Shown here: in pieces, positions 39,696 to 50,189 of the stretch
Layout of the letters: each line of letters begins with the position of its first letter
Position numbering within the stretch: position 1 is the first letter of the stretch
Assembly: GCA_963720565.1 (NCBI GenBank)
Contig: CAVRFW010000003.1
Coordinates: forward strand, 1 to 64,000
Source of the DNA: Candidatus Bathyarchaeota archaeon
GTDB lineage: Archaea > Thermoproteota > Bathyarchaeia > Bathyarchaeales > Bathycorpusculaceae
Length of the DNA: 64,000 bases
Direction: 5' to 3'
Translations under genes and position numbers: made by a program
Notes under the pieces: model-generated
Databases searched by the model: none
The model's input: the letters and a program-made list of their open reading frames with translations, nothing else
What the model was told of the DNA's origin: nothing

Positions 39696-42515
39696 ATGGT
39701 TACTCAAAACCTTGACAGCGTTTTCAATCCCAAGAGCGTAGCCATCATAGGAGCCAGTGATGAGGAAGGCTCCGTTGGGCACGCCATCGTCAAAAACTTC
39801 ACCCAGCACGGTTATGCTGGAAAAGTCTACTTTGTTAACATACGCAAACCCGAGATTCTCGGAGTAAAAACCTACCAGAACATAGCGCAAATCCCTGAAA
39901 CCGTGGATTTAGCCATGATTGCCACGCCTGCGAAAACCGTTCCCGGAGTGGTGGAAGAATGTGGCAAAGCCGGCGTCAAAGGCGTAATCATAGTTTCAGC
40001 AGGATTCAAAGAAATTGGCGCTGAAGGCAAAGCCTTGGAAACTAGACTTCTGGAAATCAGGAAGCAGTACGGTATTCGAATTATCGGTCCTAACTGCATC
40101 GGAATAATCCGGCCCCGAATAAATCTTAACGCCACCTTCGTCGACAGAATCCCCAAACCAGGCAAAGTGGCTTTCCTCTCACAGAGCGGCGCCTTAGGCT
40201 CAGCAATCCTAGACTGGGCAATACACGAAAACATAGGCTTCAGCAACTTCGTCTCAGTAGGCTCCATGATTGACGTGGACTTCGGAGACCTCATAGACTA
40301 CTTCGGCACCGACCCCAAAACCAAGAGCATACTAATGTACGTGGAAGGAGTCACTGACGCACGCAAATTCATGAGCGCTACAAGACACTTCGCCCGAACC
40401 AAACCCATCATAGTCGTAAAAGCAGGAAAATTCGGCGAAAGCGCAAAAGCAGTGGCATCCCACACAGGCTCACTCTCAGGCGAAGACGACATCTACGACG
40501 CTGCCTTCAAACGCGCCGGCATAGTCCGAGTAGAAGAAATCGGAGACCTGTTCAACGCAGCTGAGGTTCTGGGAACACAACCCCTGCCAAAAGGACCCAA
40601 CCTGGCAATAATCACAAACGCAGGCGGCCCCGGAATCATGGCCACCGACGCCCTAATCGCCAAAGGAGGCAAACTCGCAAAACTAAGCCAAAAAACACTC
40701 GACGCCCTCGACAAAGTTCTGCCACCTTTCTGGAGCCGAGGCAACCCCATCGACGTTTTAGGCGACGCCAAAGCCGACCGCTACCAAGCAGCAGTAGAAG
40801 CCTGCCTCAACGACGATAACATCGACGGTATCCTTGTGATCTTCACTCAGCAAGCCGTATCTGAACCAATCGCAATAGCCAAAACCACCGTGGAAATGGT
40901 GAAAAACAAAGCCTACCAGAACAAGACAATACTGACTAGTTTCATGGGCTTCGGCGCGGTTGAAGAGGCAAACCAAATCCTCAACGCAAACAACATCCCA
41001 ACATACTCCACACCGGAAAACGCGATAAAAACCTACATGTACATGTACCAATACGAACGAAACCTGGGAATGATTTACGAGACACCTGAAGAGCTCCCCC
41101 TGGACGCTTTACCTCCGAAACGGCCAATAATGGTTATCCTCCGAAACGCTGCAATGGAAAACCGCGAACTGCTAAACGAAGACGAAGCCAAGAAACTCCT
41201 AGACTACTATAATTTTCCCATTGCAACCACAAAAGTCGCCATCAACCAGGACGAAGCCGTCGCATTCGCACACCAAATGGGATATCCCGTCGTTCTCAAG
41301 ATCCTTTCACCTCAAATAACCCACAAAACCGACGCGGGAGGCGTCGTCCTCAACATACACTCAGACGCAGAAGTCAGAAAAGCATTCGACCTGATTATGC
41401 AACGAGTTAAAAACTACAACAAAGACGCAAAAATAATCGGTGTCACCGTCCAAAAAATGATAACAAACAAAGGCACCGAAATCATACTAGGCGGAAAAAC
41501 CGACCCTCTCTTCGGACCAGTCGTCCTCTTCGGAATGGGCGGAATAGGCGTAGAACTATTCAAAGACTACTCCATCGGACTTCCTCCGCTTAACACCACA
41601 CTCATCAAGAGAATGATGGAAGAAACCAAGGTCTACCAACTCCTAAAAGGCTACAGAAACATCCCACCAGCAAACCTGAAACTCCTAGAAGAAACAATAC
41701 TTCTATTCTCACAATTACTCATCGACTTCCCACAAATAAAAGAAATCGACATCAACCCACTTCTCATAAACGAAAAAGAAGCCGTTATCCTGGACGCCAG
41801 AATCGCATTCGACAAAGAAAAAGTCTTCAAGAAATTCGAACCACACGAACACATGGTCATAAGCCCCTACCCGAAAAAACAGGAAGCACTTTGGACACTT
41901 AAGAACGGACAGGAAATCCTGCTCAGACCAATAAAACCCGAAGACGAGCCAATGTGGATAGAAATGTTCCAAAGCTTCTCAGAAGAATCAATACGCTACA
42001 GATTCTTCCAAATGCTCAAAGACACACCACACGAACTGCGCGTACGCTACTGCAACATCGACTACGACCGAGAAATCGCAATAGTCGCCGAACTCAACGA
42101 GGACGGCCACAAGAAGATCCTAGGTGTAAGCAGACTCAGCATGGAACCCGGCGGAAAAACCGGAGAACTAGCCTTCGTAATCGTCGACAAATGGCAAGGA
42201 TTCGGACTAGGAACAAAAATGGTCGACTACGTCCTCGAAATAGCAAAGGACATGGGAATCGAAAAAGTCTTCGTCATAATGCTGCCAGACAACTACAGAG
42301 CCTTAAACCTTACCAAGAAAATGGGCTTCCAAATCGAACACCTAAGCGACGGTACCGTCAAAGGTGTCCTAAACCTTAAAGAAGAAAGCACCCGCATAGA
42401 ATGCGCTCAACCCAAAAACCTTCCCATGGTCATTGAACCAGAAAAGAACGAAAAAATCCCGCCAGAAAAAATTGAGGAAGCGACTAAACCAACAGCAGAA
42501 ACTGCCCCGCAATAA
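39696..42515 (+). CDS. ADP-forming acyl-CoA ligase alpha-beta fused to C-terminal GNAT
   Basis: IIGAS, GPNCIG, SQSGA, SHTGSL, NAGG, NPID, HKTDAGGV, DINPL, and GNAT (WQGFGLGT). Confidence 0.92.
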   Translation: MVTQNLDSVFNPKSVAIIGASDEEGSVGHAIVKNFTQHGYAGKVYFVNIRKPEILGVKTYQNIAQIPETVDLAMIATPAKTVPGVVEECGKAGVKGVIIVSAGFKEIGAEGKALETRLLEIRKQYGIRIIGPNCIGIIRPRINLNATFVDRIPKPGKVAFLSQSGALGSAILDWAIHENIGFSNFVSVGSMIDVDFGDLIDYFGTDPKTKSILMYVEGVTDARKFMSATRHFARTKPIIVVKAGKFGESAKAVASHTGSLSGEDDIYDAAFKRAGIVRVEEIGDLFNAAEVLGTQPLPKGPNLAIITNAGGPGIMATDALIAKGGKLAKLSQKTLDALDKVLPPFWSRGNPIDVLGDAKADRYQAAVEACLNDDNIDGILVIFTQQAVSEPIAIAKTTVEMVKNKAYQNKTILTSFMGFGAVEEANQILNANNIPTYSTPENAIKTYMYMYQYERNLGMIYETPEELPLDALPPKRPIMVILRNAAMENRELLNEDEAKKLLDYYNFPIATTKVAINQDEAVAFAHQMGYPVVLKILSPQITHKTDAGGVVLNIHSDAEVRKAFDLIMQRVKNYNKDAKIIGVTVQKMITNKGTEIILGGKTDPLFGPVVLFGMGGIGVELFKDYSIGLPPLNTTLIKRMMEETKVYQLLKGYRNIPPANLKLLEETILLFSQLLIDFPQIKEIDINPLLINEKEAVILDARIAFDKEKVFKKFEPHEHMVISPYPKKQEALWTLKNGQEILLRPIKPEDEPMWIEMFQSFSEESIRYRFFQMLKDTPHELRVRYCNIDYDREIAIVAELNEDGHKKILGVSRLSMEPGGKTGELAFVIVDKWQGFGLGTKMVDYVLEIAKDMGIEKVFVIMLPDNYRALNLTKKMGFQIEHLSDGTVKGVLNLKEESTRIECAQPKNLPMVIEPEKNEKIPPEKIEEATKPTAETAPQ

Positions 42516-42731
42516 CCCCCGATTACACGCCTAAAAACAGCAACCCCTCACTTCTCTGCAATGAAAGCCAAGAGAACTTGGCTAGAACCCTTTGGCACCG
42601 CCCAATCATTGTGCGCTAGCAAATCCTGAATCTCGATACTTAATCTCAATTTTTATATTCCGCGTCCCCTTAGTTAACTCAAAAACTCTAGGTGAGAGTT
42701 TGACTAAGCTAGAACTAACTAGATTGGAGGA

Positions 42732-43232
42732 TTGATATTTTTGTCTAAAGATGACAATCGCCGCTTGATGTTGGAAAAAACCCTGAAAGAACACAAACAC
42801 CAAGAAAGCGCTCTTTTGGAAATACTTAACAAAGCCCAAGAAATCTACGGCTACCTTGACAAGGACTTGCTTATGGACGTCGCGGGATCTCTCAACATCC
42901 CACCGAGCCACGTTTTCGGCGTCGCAACCTTCTACAGCCTCTTCAAAATGAGAAAACCAGGCGAACACGTAGTCACAGGCTGCCTAGGCACAGCCTGCTA
43001 CGTGAAGGAAGTTGAAGACATAATGCAGGCCGTCGAACGCGAATACCAAGTTAAACGGGGAGGTTCCACGGCAGACGGCAAGCTTTCCTTATTCATGACC
43101 CGATGCATCGGCGCATGCGCGATGGCGCCAAACATCGTCGTCGACGACGAAGTAATAGGCAAAGCAACAAAAGAAATCGTACTCGAAAGAATAAAACAGG
43201 TACTCGGAGGAGTCAAGATTGAAGCTGTCTGA
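42732..43232 (+). CDS. hoxE: HoxE (NuoE-like 2Fe-2S subunit)
   Basis: GVATFYSLF, CLGTAC, CIGACAMAP. Confidence 0.88.
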   Translation: MIFLSKDDNRRLMLEKTLKEHKHQESALLEILNKAQEIYGYLDKDLLMDVAGSLNIPPSHVFGVATFYSLFKMRKPGEHVVTGCLGTACYVKEVEDIMQAVEREYQVKRGGSTADGKLSLFMTRCIGACAMAPNIVVDDEVIGKATKEIVLERIKQVLGGVKIEAV

Positions 43233-44865
43233 CCTGCAGAAAATAGCTGAACATGAACTCGACTTCCAAAGAGCCTACAAGTACCGCATTAACGTCTGCT
43301 GCTCAAGCGGATGTGTTCCCTTCGGAGCCTTCAAAGTGCTCAAGGCTTTTGAAGAAGCAGTAAAAGAGCTCGGCGTGGAAAAAGAATGCAAAGTCGCCAG
43401 AACAGGCTGTGTCGGAACTTGTTCAGCAGGTCCCGCAGTAGTCATCGAACCTGGCGACTACCTATATCAGAGCGTTACTCCCGACAAAGTCCGCCAGATT
43501 GTGAGAGACCACATCGTACTTGGCTTACCTGTTAAAGATATGCTCTATGGAAACGAAGCCTTCTTCAAGAAACAACATCGCCTTGTCCTCAGGAACGCAG
43601 GCAAAATCGACCCAACAAGAATCCAAGATTACATAGCAATGGGTGGCTACGCCGGCATAGTAAAGTGCCTCGCAACAATGACCCCGCAAGGCGTCATCTA
43701 CGAGATCAGCAGCAGCGGTCTAAGAGGCCGAGGCGGCGCCGGCTTTCCAACCGGCATGAAATGGGGGCTAGTAGCGAGATCCCACAACTCTCCCAAATAC
43801 ATCGTCGCCAACCTGGACGAGGGAGACCCCGGTGTCTTCGCAAACAGAACACTAGCTGAAGCCGACCCGCACGCAATTCTCGAAGGCATGCTCATAGCGG
43901 CATACGCTGTCGGAGCTGAGAAAGGCTACATCTACATCAGAGCCGAGTACCCATTAGCCATACAAACACTCCAGAAAGCCATGGCACAGGCAAAAGCCAT
44001 GTCACTTCTAGGCGACAGCGTTCTTGAAACACCCTTCAAATTTGACGTTGAACTCCGACTAGGAGCAGGAGCCTTCGTGGCAGGCGAAGAAACCGCCATC
44101 TTAGCCTCGGTTGAAGGCCGCAGAGCTATGCCCCGCCCCCGACCACCCTATCCAGCCAACTCGGGACTATGGGGAAAACCCACACTAATACAAAACGTGG
44201 AGACGCTGGCAAACATACCAATAATAGTAATGAATGGCGGCTCATGGTTCGCCAAAACCGGAACACCAAAATGCACAGGAACAAAATGCTTCTCCCTGAC
44301 GGGAAACATAAACGACCCTGGACTCATCGAAGTACCCATGGGAACAACTCTGAGAGAAGTCGTGTTTGACATCGGCGGAGGGGTTCCAAAAAACAAAAAG
44401 TTCAAAGCAGTTCTAGTCGGCGGTCCCTCAGGAGGTTGCCTACCCGAAACACTACTCGAACTCCCAATAGACTACGATTCGCTAACAAAGGTGGGAGCAA
44501 TAATGGGTTCCGGAGGCATAGTAGTCATAGACGACAATTCATGCATGGTAGACACTGCAAAATTCTTCACCGACTTCTGCGTGGAAGAATCCTGCGGCAA
44601 ATGTACCCCATGCAGGGCAGGTCTCGCAAGAATAAAAGAAATATTTGACGGAATCACACGGGGAGACGGCAAACTGGAAGATTTGACAATACTGGAAAAA
44701 GCCAGCGGCTACATAAGAGACGCCAGTCTGTGCGGTCTCGGTCAAACAGCCCCCAACCCAGTCATAACAACTATGCGCTACTTCAAAGACGAATACCTCA
44801 AACACATAGTGGACAAGACATGCCCAGCGGGTAAATGCTTCAAAAAGCACAAGGAGGAAAAATAA
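43219..44865 (+). CDS. hoxF: HoxF (NuoF-like diaphorase)
   Basis: N-terminal CCSSGC/CVGTC, GLRGRGGAGFPTG, DEGDPG, GEETA, ESCGKCTPCR, SLCGLG. Confidence 0.9.
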   Translation: MKLSDLQKIAEHELDFQRAYKYRINVCCSSGCVPFGAFKVLKAFEEAVKELGVEKECKVARTGCVGTCSAGPAVVIEPGDYLYQSVTPDKVRQIVRDHIVLGLPVKDMLYGNEAFFKKQHRLVLRNAGKIDPTRIQDYIAMGGYAGIVKCLATMTPQGVIYEISSSGLRGRGGAGFPTGMKWGLVARSHNSPKYIVANLDEGDPGVFANRTLAEADPHAILEGMLIAAYAVGAEKGYIYIRAEYPLAIQTLQKAMAQAKAMSLLGDSVLETPFKFDVELRLGAGAFVAGEETAILASVEGRRAMPRPRPPYPANSGLWGKPTLIQNVETLANIPIIVMNGGSWFAKTGTPKCTGTKCFSLTGNINDPGLIEVPMGTTLREVVFDIGGGVPKNKKFKAVLVGGPSGGCLPETLLELPIDYDSLTKVGAIMGSGGIVVIDDNSCMVDTAKFFTDFCVEESCGKCTPCRAGLARIKEIFDGITRGDGKLEDLTILEKASGYIRDASLCGLGQTAPNPVITTMRYFKDEYLKHIVDKTCPAGKCFKKHKEEK

Positions 44866-45582
44866 TTGAGCGACTCAAACGTCAAACTCAAGATAGACGA
44901 AGTCGAAGTCTCAGTTCCAGACGGAACAATGATACTCAAAGCAGCCAAAGATAACGGAATCATCATTCCAACACTCTGCGCTCTCGAAGGTCTATCAAGC
45001 TACGCTGGATGCCGCCTCTGCCTCGTCGAAATCCATGGCTCACCCAAACTGTTCCCAGCCTGTGCCACACCAGTAAGCAGCGGAATGGAGGTCACAACTA
45101 AATCCGAAAGGCTAACCGAATACCGCAAAATGGCGGTACAGCTGCTACTCTCAGAAAGAACACACATTTGTTCAACATGCATAGCCAACGACCACTGCGA
45201 ACTGGAAGCCATGGCGAACGAGCTTGGAGTTGACCATGTCATGTTTGAGCGCAAGTGGACCAGCCTCGAAATAGACTCGACCCACGACTTCCTGGTTATC
45301 GACCGAAACAGGTGTATACTATGCACGCGTTGTTTGAGGGTTTGCGATGAGATAGAAGGCGTTCACACTCTGGACTTGAAGCTGCGTGGCAAAGACTCCC
45401 AAGTAATCATGGATCTTGATGAACACTGGGCAAACTCCTGTTCATGCACATCATGCAGGAAATGCGCAAAAGTCTGCCCAGTCGGTGCCATTTACATAGA
45501 AGGAGAACCGGTTTCTCACACCAAGCGCAAGGATATAGCCGAATTTATCACGGAGAGGAGACAGAGAAAATGGAAACAATAG
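44866..45582 (+). CDS. hoxU: HoxU Fe-S subunit
   Basis: IPTLC, GCRLC, HICSTC, CILCTRC, CTSCRKC..CPVGA. Confidence 0.9.
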   Translation: MSDSNVKLKIDEVEVSVPDGTMILKAAKDNGIIIPTLCALEGLSSYAGCRLCLVEIHGSPKLFPACATPVSSGMEVTTKSERLTEYRKMAVQLLLSERTHICSTCIANDHCELEAMANELGVDHVMFERKWTSLEIDSTHDFLVIDRNRCILCTRCLRVCDEIEGVHTLDLKLRGKDSQVIMDLDEHWANSCSCTSCRKCAKVCPVGAIYIEGEPVSHTKRKDIAEFITERRQRKWKQ

Positions 45583-46112
45583 CAAAAACCAGAATGGCGA
45601 CAATGTGGCTCAGCGGCTGCTCAGGTTGCCACATGTCATTCCTCGACTTAGACGAGTCACTAATAGACTTAGCGAAAAAGGTTCAGATAGTCTACAGTCC
45701 AATCGCTGACGTGAAAGTTTTTCCTGAAAACGTCGACGTCACCCTGATCGAGGGCGCTGTCGGAGACGAAGAACAACTTGACCTGCTAAAGAAGGCAAGA
45801 GAACAATCCAAAATCCTAATTTCGTTTGGGGACTGCGCAGTCACAGGAAACGTGCCTGCATTGCGAAATGCTTTTGAAGACGGTGACAAAGCGGTTCTTC
45901 AGAGGGCTTACATCGAAAACGTTGACGTGAACCCGCAGATTCCAAACGATGTTCCCAAACTCCTAAAGAAGGTACGTCCGCTTCACGAAATCGTGAAAAT
46001 CGATTATTACATCCCAGGATGCCCACCACCATCAGACATAATCAGCTACGTGCTAACAGAATTATTGTCTGGAAGAACTCCCAACATGGAAGGCAGATCG
46101 AGATACGGTTGA
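45570..46112 (+). CDS. hoxY: HoxY [NiFe] hydrogenase small subunit
   Basis: WLSGCSGCHMS, GDCAVTGNVP, PGCPP; single-cluster short subunit. Confidence 0.9.
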   Translation: METIAKTRMATMWLSGCSGCHMSFLDLDESLIDLAKKVQIVYSPIADVKVFPENVDVTLIEGAVGDEEQLDLLKKAREQSKILISFGDCAVTGNVPALRNAFEDGDKAVLQRAYIENVDVNPQIPNDVPKLLKKVRPLHEIVKIDYYIPGCPPPSDIISYVLTELLSGRTPNMEGRSRYG

Positions 46113-46122
46113 GGGATGCAAA

Positions 46123-47550
46123 ATGAACAAGAAAATCGTGATAAACCCCGTAACTAGAATTGAAGGACACGCAAAAATAACGATATTCCTAAACGATGAC
46201 GACTCTGTAAAAGAAGCAAGATTCCACGTTACTGACTTCAGAGGCTTCGAAAAATTCTGCGAAGGACGCCCATTCTACGAAATGCCAGGCATAACCGCAA
46301 GGTCCTGCGGCATCTGCCCAGTAAGCCACCTTATGGCATCAGCAAAAGCATGCGACGCAATAGTAGGAGTAAAACCCCCAACAACCGCTGTCATGCTTCG
46401 TCGCCTAATGCATATGGGTCAAATGATACAATCACACGCGCTGAACCTCTTCCACTTGTCATTCCCAGACTTCATACTAGGAATGGACTCAGACCCGGCA
46501 GAAAGAAACGTTTTCGGCCTCATAGCGAAACAGCCTGACTTGGCTAGGCAAGGCATCAGGCTACGCAAATTCGGACAAGAAATCATCGAGAAAGTAGCCG
46601 GAAAAAGAATACACTCCAACGAATGGGTTATCCCCGGGGGCGCAAACTGGCCCCTCACCAAGGAGAAAGCCGACTACCTCAAGTCAAACCTGCCTGAAGC
46701 CTTAGACACCACCATCAATACCCTTGCGCTGTTCAAAACTTGGCTCCCTAGACTGAAGGATGAAGTGCAAAACTTCGGCAACTTTCCCACCTACTACTTG
46801 GGACTGGTAACTGCAAAAGGTGGACTAGAACACTACGACGGAAAAATCCGAATAGTCGATGCAGAGGGCAAAATAGTGGCTGACCAACTTGACCCCACAA
46901 CCTATAACGAGTACATCGGCGAAGCTGTTGAACCCTGGTCTTACATGAAATTTCCTTACTACAAACCCTTGGGTTACCCCGATGGAAACTACAGAGTCGG
47001 TCCACTGGCCAGACTAAATATATCTTCACATTGCGGAACACCCTTGGCTGACGAAGAGCTCAAGGAATTCAAGAAACTCGGCAAAAATGGGATAGTCCAA
47101 AGCACTTTTCACTACCACTATGCCCGATTAATCGAGATTCTATTCTGTCTCGAAGGCGTTAAAGAAATACTGGAAAACCCCGATAGCCTCTCAGAACGCG
47201 TCAGCTCCAGAGCATTCGTCAACAACGACCAAGGCGTCGGAGTAGCCGAAGCACCAAGAGGAACTCTGATACACCACTACGCAGTTGACCCGCAAGGATT
47301 GATAGTGTGGGCTAACATGATCATCGCCACAGAACACAACAACCTCTCCTTCAACAAAGCCGTTACTCAAGTCGCCCAAAAATACGTGAAAGGTAAACAC
47401 CTGCAAGAAGGGATGCTAAACAGAGTTGAAGCGGTAATACGAGCATTTGATCCATGCCTAAGCTGCGCAACACACGCAATCGGAAATATGCCACTGGAAG
47501 TGCAACTCCTAGACTGCAAAGGTAAACTCTTAGAAAGAAAAGTACGCTAA
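46123..47550 (+). CDS. hoxH: HoxH group 3d [NiFe] hydrogenase large subunit
   Basis: [33 protein letters not shown] plus C-terminal extension. Confidence 0.92.
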   Translation: MNKKIVINPVTRIEGHAKITIFLNDDDSVKEARFHVTDFRGFEKFCEGRPFYEMPGITARSCGICPVSHLMASAKACDAIVGVKPPTTAVMLRRLMHMGQMIQSHALNLFHLSFPDFILGMDSDPAERNVFGLIAKQPDLARQGIRLRKFGQEIIEKVAGKRIHSNEWVIPGGANWPLTKEKADYLKSNLPEALDTTINTLALFKTWLPRLKDEVQNFGNFPTYYLGLVTAKGGLEHYDGKIRIVDAEGKIVADQLDPTTYNEYIGEAVEPWSYMKFPYYKPLGYPDGNYRVGPLARLNISSHCGTPLADEELKEFKKLGKNGIVQSTFHYHYARLIEILFCLEGVKEILENPDSLSERVSSRAFVNNDQGVGVAEAPRGTLIHHYAVDPQGLIVWANMIIATEHNNLSFNKAVTQVAQKYVKGKHLQEGMLNRVEAVIRAFDPCLSCATHAIGNMPLEVQLLDCKGKLLERKVR

Positions 47551-47778
47551 GAAGCCTTAACCCCATTTTCATACTCAAAAATCTCGTACTTTTCAAAATC
47601 TTGTATGCTTGAACTGAGAGAACTGCAACTATAATAAGGATTATGCACTTCCAATTTGAGCCTTGACTTATGGGTGAACCCACGAGAGTCCAACTCAAAC
47701 TTTATGTAGTTGATATGGGATTTTTGAATATCTAAGCATGTATCCTGCGTCGGGAAATATACCCAGAGGTCAAGTTTA

Positions 47779-48327
47779 ATGACTGAGACAGTAATTCCCA
47801 AAGATCCTAACAGAGAGCCAATAAAATCTTCGGAAATTGACCCGAAGTTCAAGTATGAACTTTCCAAGATTCACGGGAGTGAAAAACTTCTCAAGTGCTT
47901 CCAATGCGGAACATGTACCTCTGACTGCCCAGTCGCAAGGTACAGCGACTCTTACAGACCAAGACAAATAATTCGCATGGCTCAACTCGGCCTTAAAGAC
48001 CGAATTCTAAACAGCGACACTCTATGGCTGTGTGCCGCATGCTTCACATGCACAGACCGTTGTCCGCAGGATGTTGAAGTAGCTAGTGTAATCCGCGTTC
48101 TAAGGAACTTGGCTGCAGAAAAAGGCTGCGTTCCCGTAGTGTTTAAAGAACAAGCTGCAAGCGTGCTTGAATCAGGTTACGCTTACAAAATCCCCGAATT
48201 AAGAATAAAGAAACGAGAGACTGTGGGGCTGCCACCACTGCCGAAAGGAAATCCCGAGAACATTCGCAAGGCTCTCAAGGGCGTCAAATTCGCAGAAAAC
48301 ATAAAAAAAGGTAGTGAACCAAAGTGA
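47779..48327 (+). CDS. hdrC: heterodisulfide reductase subunit C
   Basis: CFQCGTCTSDCP, LWLCAACFTCTDRCPQ. Confidence 0.92.
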   Translation: MTETVIPKDPNREPIKSSEIDPKFKYELSKIHGSEKLLKCFQCGTCTSDCPVARYSDSYRPRQIIRMAQLGLKDRILNSDTLWLCAACFTCTDRCPQDVEVASVIRVLRNLAAEKGCVPVVFKEQAASVLESGYAYKIPELRIKKRETVGLPPLPKGNPENIRKALKGVKFAENIKKGSEPK

Positions 48328-49208
48328 GCAGCAAATATCTGATTTTTCTCGGCTGCGCAATTCCATATCGCGTGTCAGCCTTCGAGATTTCCGCACGCAA
48401 GATTCTCCACAAACTGGACGTTGAATTGGTTGAGATGCCCGAATTCAACTGCTGCGGATTACCCCTAGATCCAGTTAGCCATGAAATGATGCTAATCCTC
48501 GCTGCAAGAAACTTGGCTTTGGCAGAGCAACAAGGACTGAACATAATTACTCTATGCCCTGGCTGCGCCGGTACTTTAAAGAAAGTTAACAAAATTTTGA
48601 AAGAAGACAAAACGCTAAGAGAGCAGATCAATGGTCACTTGAAAGAGTCTGGTTTAGAATTCAAAGGAACAGTGACTACAAAACATTTAATTCAAGTGCT
48701 AATGGAAGACGTGGGTCTGGAAAAAATTAAGAGCACCGTTGTCAGGCCACTGACCATGCTGAAGGTTGCTGAACACAACGGATGCCACATACTAAGACCC
48801 AAAGAGTACATCGGTTTTGATGACCCAGAAGATCCACAAACCCTGAAGACCCTCATTGAGGCTACAGGAGCTACTTGCCTAGACTACATGGACGAAACAG
48901 AGTGTTGCGGTGCCCCAAGTGTAGGCGTCAGCGACAAAGTCGCCTTGCAACTCGCCAGAGACAAGCTGAACCACGTTAAGATGGTGGACGCGGAAGCTTT
49001 AATAACAATCTGTCCGTTCTGCCACATAATGTACGACACCAATGAATTGCGCATCGAGAAAATGTTCAGTGAAGTCTATGGAATCCCAATTTTGCATTAT
49101 CCCCAACTTCTGGGTTTAGCCATGGGTTTGACTCCTGAGGAACTCGCTTTCAACGAACTCAGAGTCAATGCCTCAAAATTGTTAAAACACGTCACTGAAG
49201 GTGCTTAA
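48324..49208 (+). CDS. hdrB: heterodisulfide reductase subunit B
   Basis: Two CCG domains (GC..CCG..CPGC; GCH..CCG..CPFC). Confidence 0.92.
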   Translation: MSSKYLIFLGCAIPYRVSAFEISARKILHKLDVELVEMPEFNCCGLPLDPVSHEMMLILAARNLALAEQQGLNIITLCPGCAGTLKKVNKILKEDKTLREQINGHLKESGLEFKGTVTTKHLIQVLMEDVGLEKIKSTVVRPLTMLKVAEHNGCHILRPKEYIGFDDPEDPQTLKTLIEATGATCLDYMDETECCGAPSVGVSDKVALQLARDKLNHVKMVDAEALITICPFCHIMYDTNELRIEKMFSEVYGIPILHYPQLLGLAMGLTPEELAFNELRVNASKLLKHVTEGA

Positions 49209-49214
49209 CAAAAA

Positions 49215-50189
49215 ATGAGTGAAAAATTGAAAATAGCCTTTTACTGGGCTGCAAGTTGCGGTGGCTGCGAAATAGCCGTATTAGATATAAACGAGAAAAT
49301 CCTCGACGTAGTAAAAATTGCGGACATCGTTTTTTGGCCTGTAGCCATGGACGTTAAGTACAAGGACGTGGAGAACATGCCTGACAACTATGTTGACATC
49401 ACTTTCTTTAACGGGTCCATTAGAAACTCGGAACAAGAGCACATGGCTAAACTCCTTAGGCAGAAGTCGAAGATACTTGTCGCCTTCGGCTCATGCGCCC
49501 ACGAAGGATGCATTCCTGGATTAGCTAACCTAACCGACAAGAAGGAGATTTTCGAGTACGTCTACTTGAAAGAAAACTCGGTTGTCAATCCTGAAGGCAC
49601 TATGCCCCAAACCACGACCGAAGTCAAGGAAGGCACACTCAGAATTCCAGAATTTTACGACACAGTGAAAACTCTAGCACAAACCGTTGAGGTCGACTAT
49701 TACTTGCCTGGATGCCCACCTCCCGTTAAACTAATAATCAATGCTGTGGATGCAATTGCAAGAAACGAGTTGCCCCCCAAGGGTTCAGTGCTTGCACCTC
49801 TCAAAGCCGTATGCGACGAATGTCCACGAAAACGAGAAAACAAGAAAATCGATGCACTATACCGTGTCTACGACAAGGTTCCTGAACCAGAAAAATGTTT
49901 ACTCGAGCAAGGCATACTCTGCATGGGTCTAGCCACCCGCAGCGGCTGTGGCGCCCAGTGTCTCAAAGTTGATATGCCTTGCACCGGATGTGGCGGAGCA
50001 GCCCCTAACCAGCCCGAGGTTGGCGCAGGGATGATAACCGCCTTAGCCTCAATAATAGGGTACGACGAGAAGAACATGTCCGCACAGGATGTTGAAAAAT
50101 TGATGAGCCAGATTAAAGACCCTGTGGGCACCTTTTACATGTACTCTTTACCCTCATCGATTCTCAGAAGAAAGGTGATGCAAAAATGA
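49215..50189 (+). CDS. mvhG: F420-non-reducing hydrogenase small subunit
   Basis: SCGGCE, GSCA, PGCPP, VCDECP, CLLEQG..CMG..CGAQC..PCTGC. Confidence 0.9.
   Translation: MSEKLKIAFYWAASCGGCEIAVLDINEKILDVVKIADIVFWPVAMDVKYKDVENMPDNYVDITFFNGSIRNSEQEHMAKLLRQKSKILVAFGSCAHEGCIPGLANLTDKKEIFEYVYLKENSVVNPEGTMPQTTTEVKEGTLRIPEFYDTVKTLAQTVEVDYYLPGCPPPVKLIINAVDAIARNELPPKGSVLAPLKAVCDECPRKRENKKIDALYRVYDKVPEPEKCLLEQGILCMGLATRSGCGAQCLKVDMPCTGCGGAAPNQPEVGAGMITALASIIGYDEKNMSAQDVEKLMSQIKDPVGTFYMYSLPSSILRRKVMQK

Noticed and set aside
47547..47867. 106-aa minus-strand ORF as a missing MvhD or connector subunit
   Set aside because: Wrong strand, overlaps hdrC, and has no Fe-S motif
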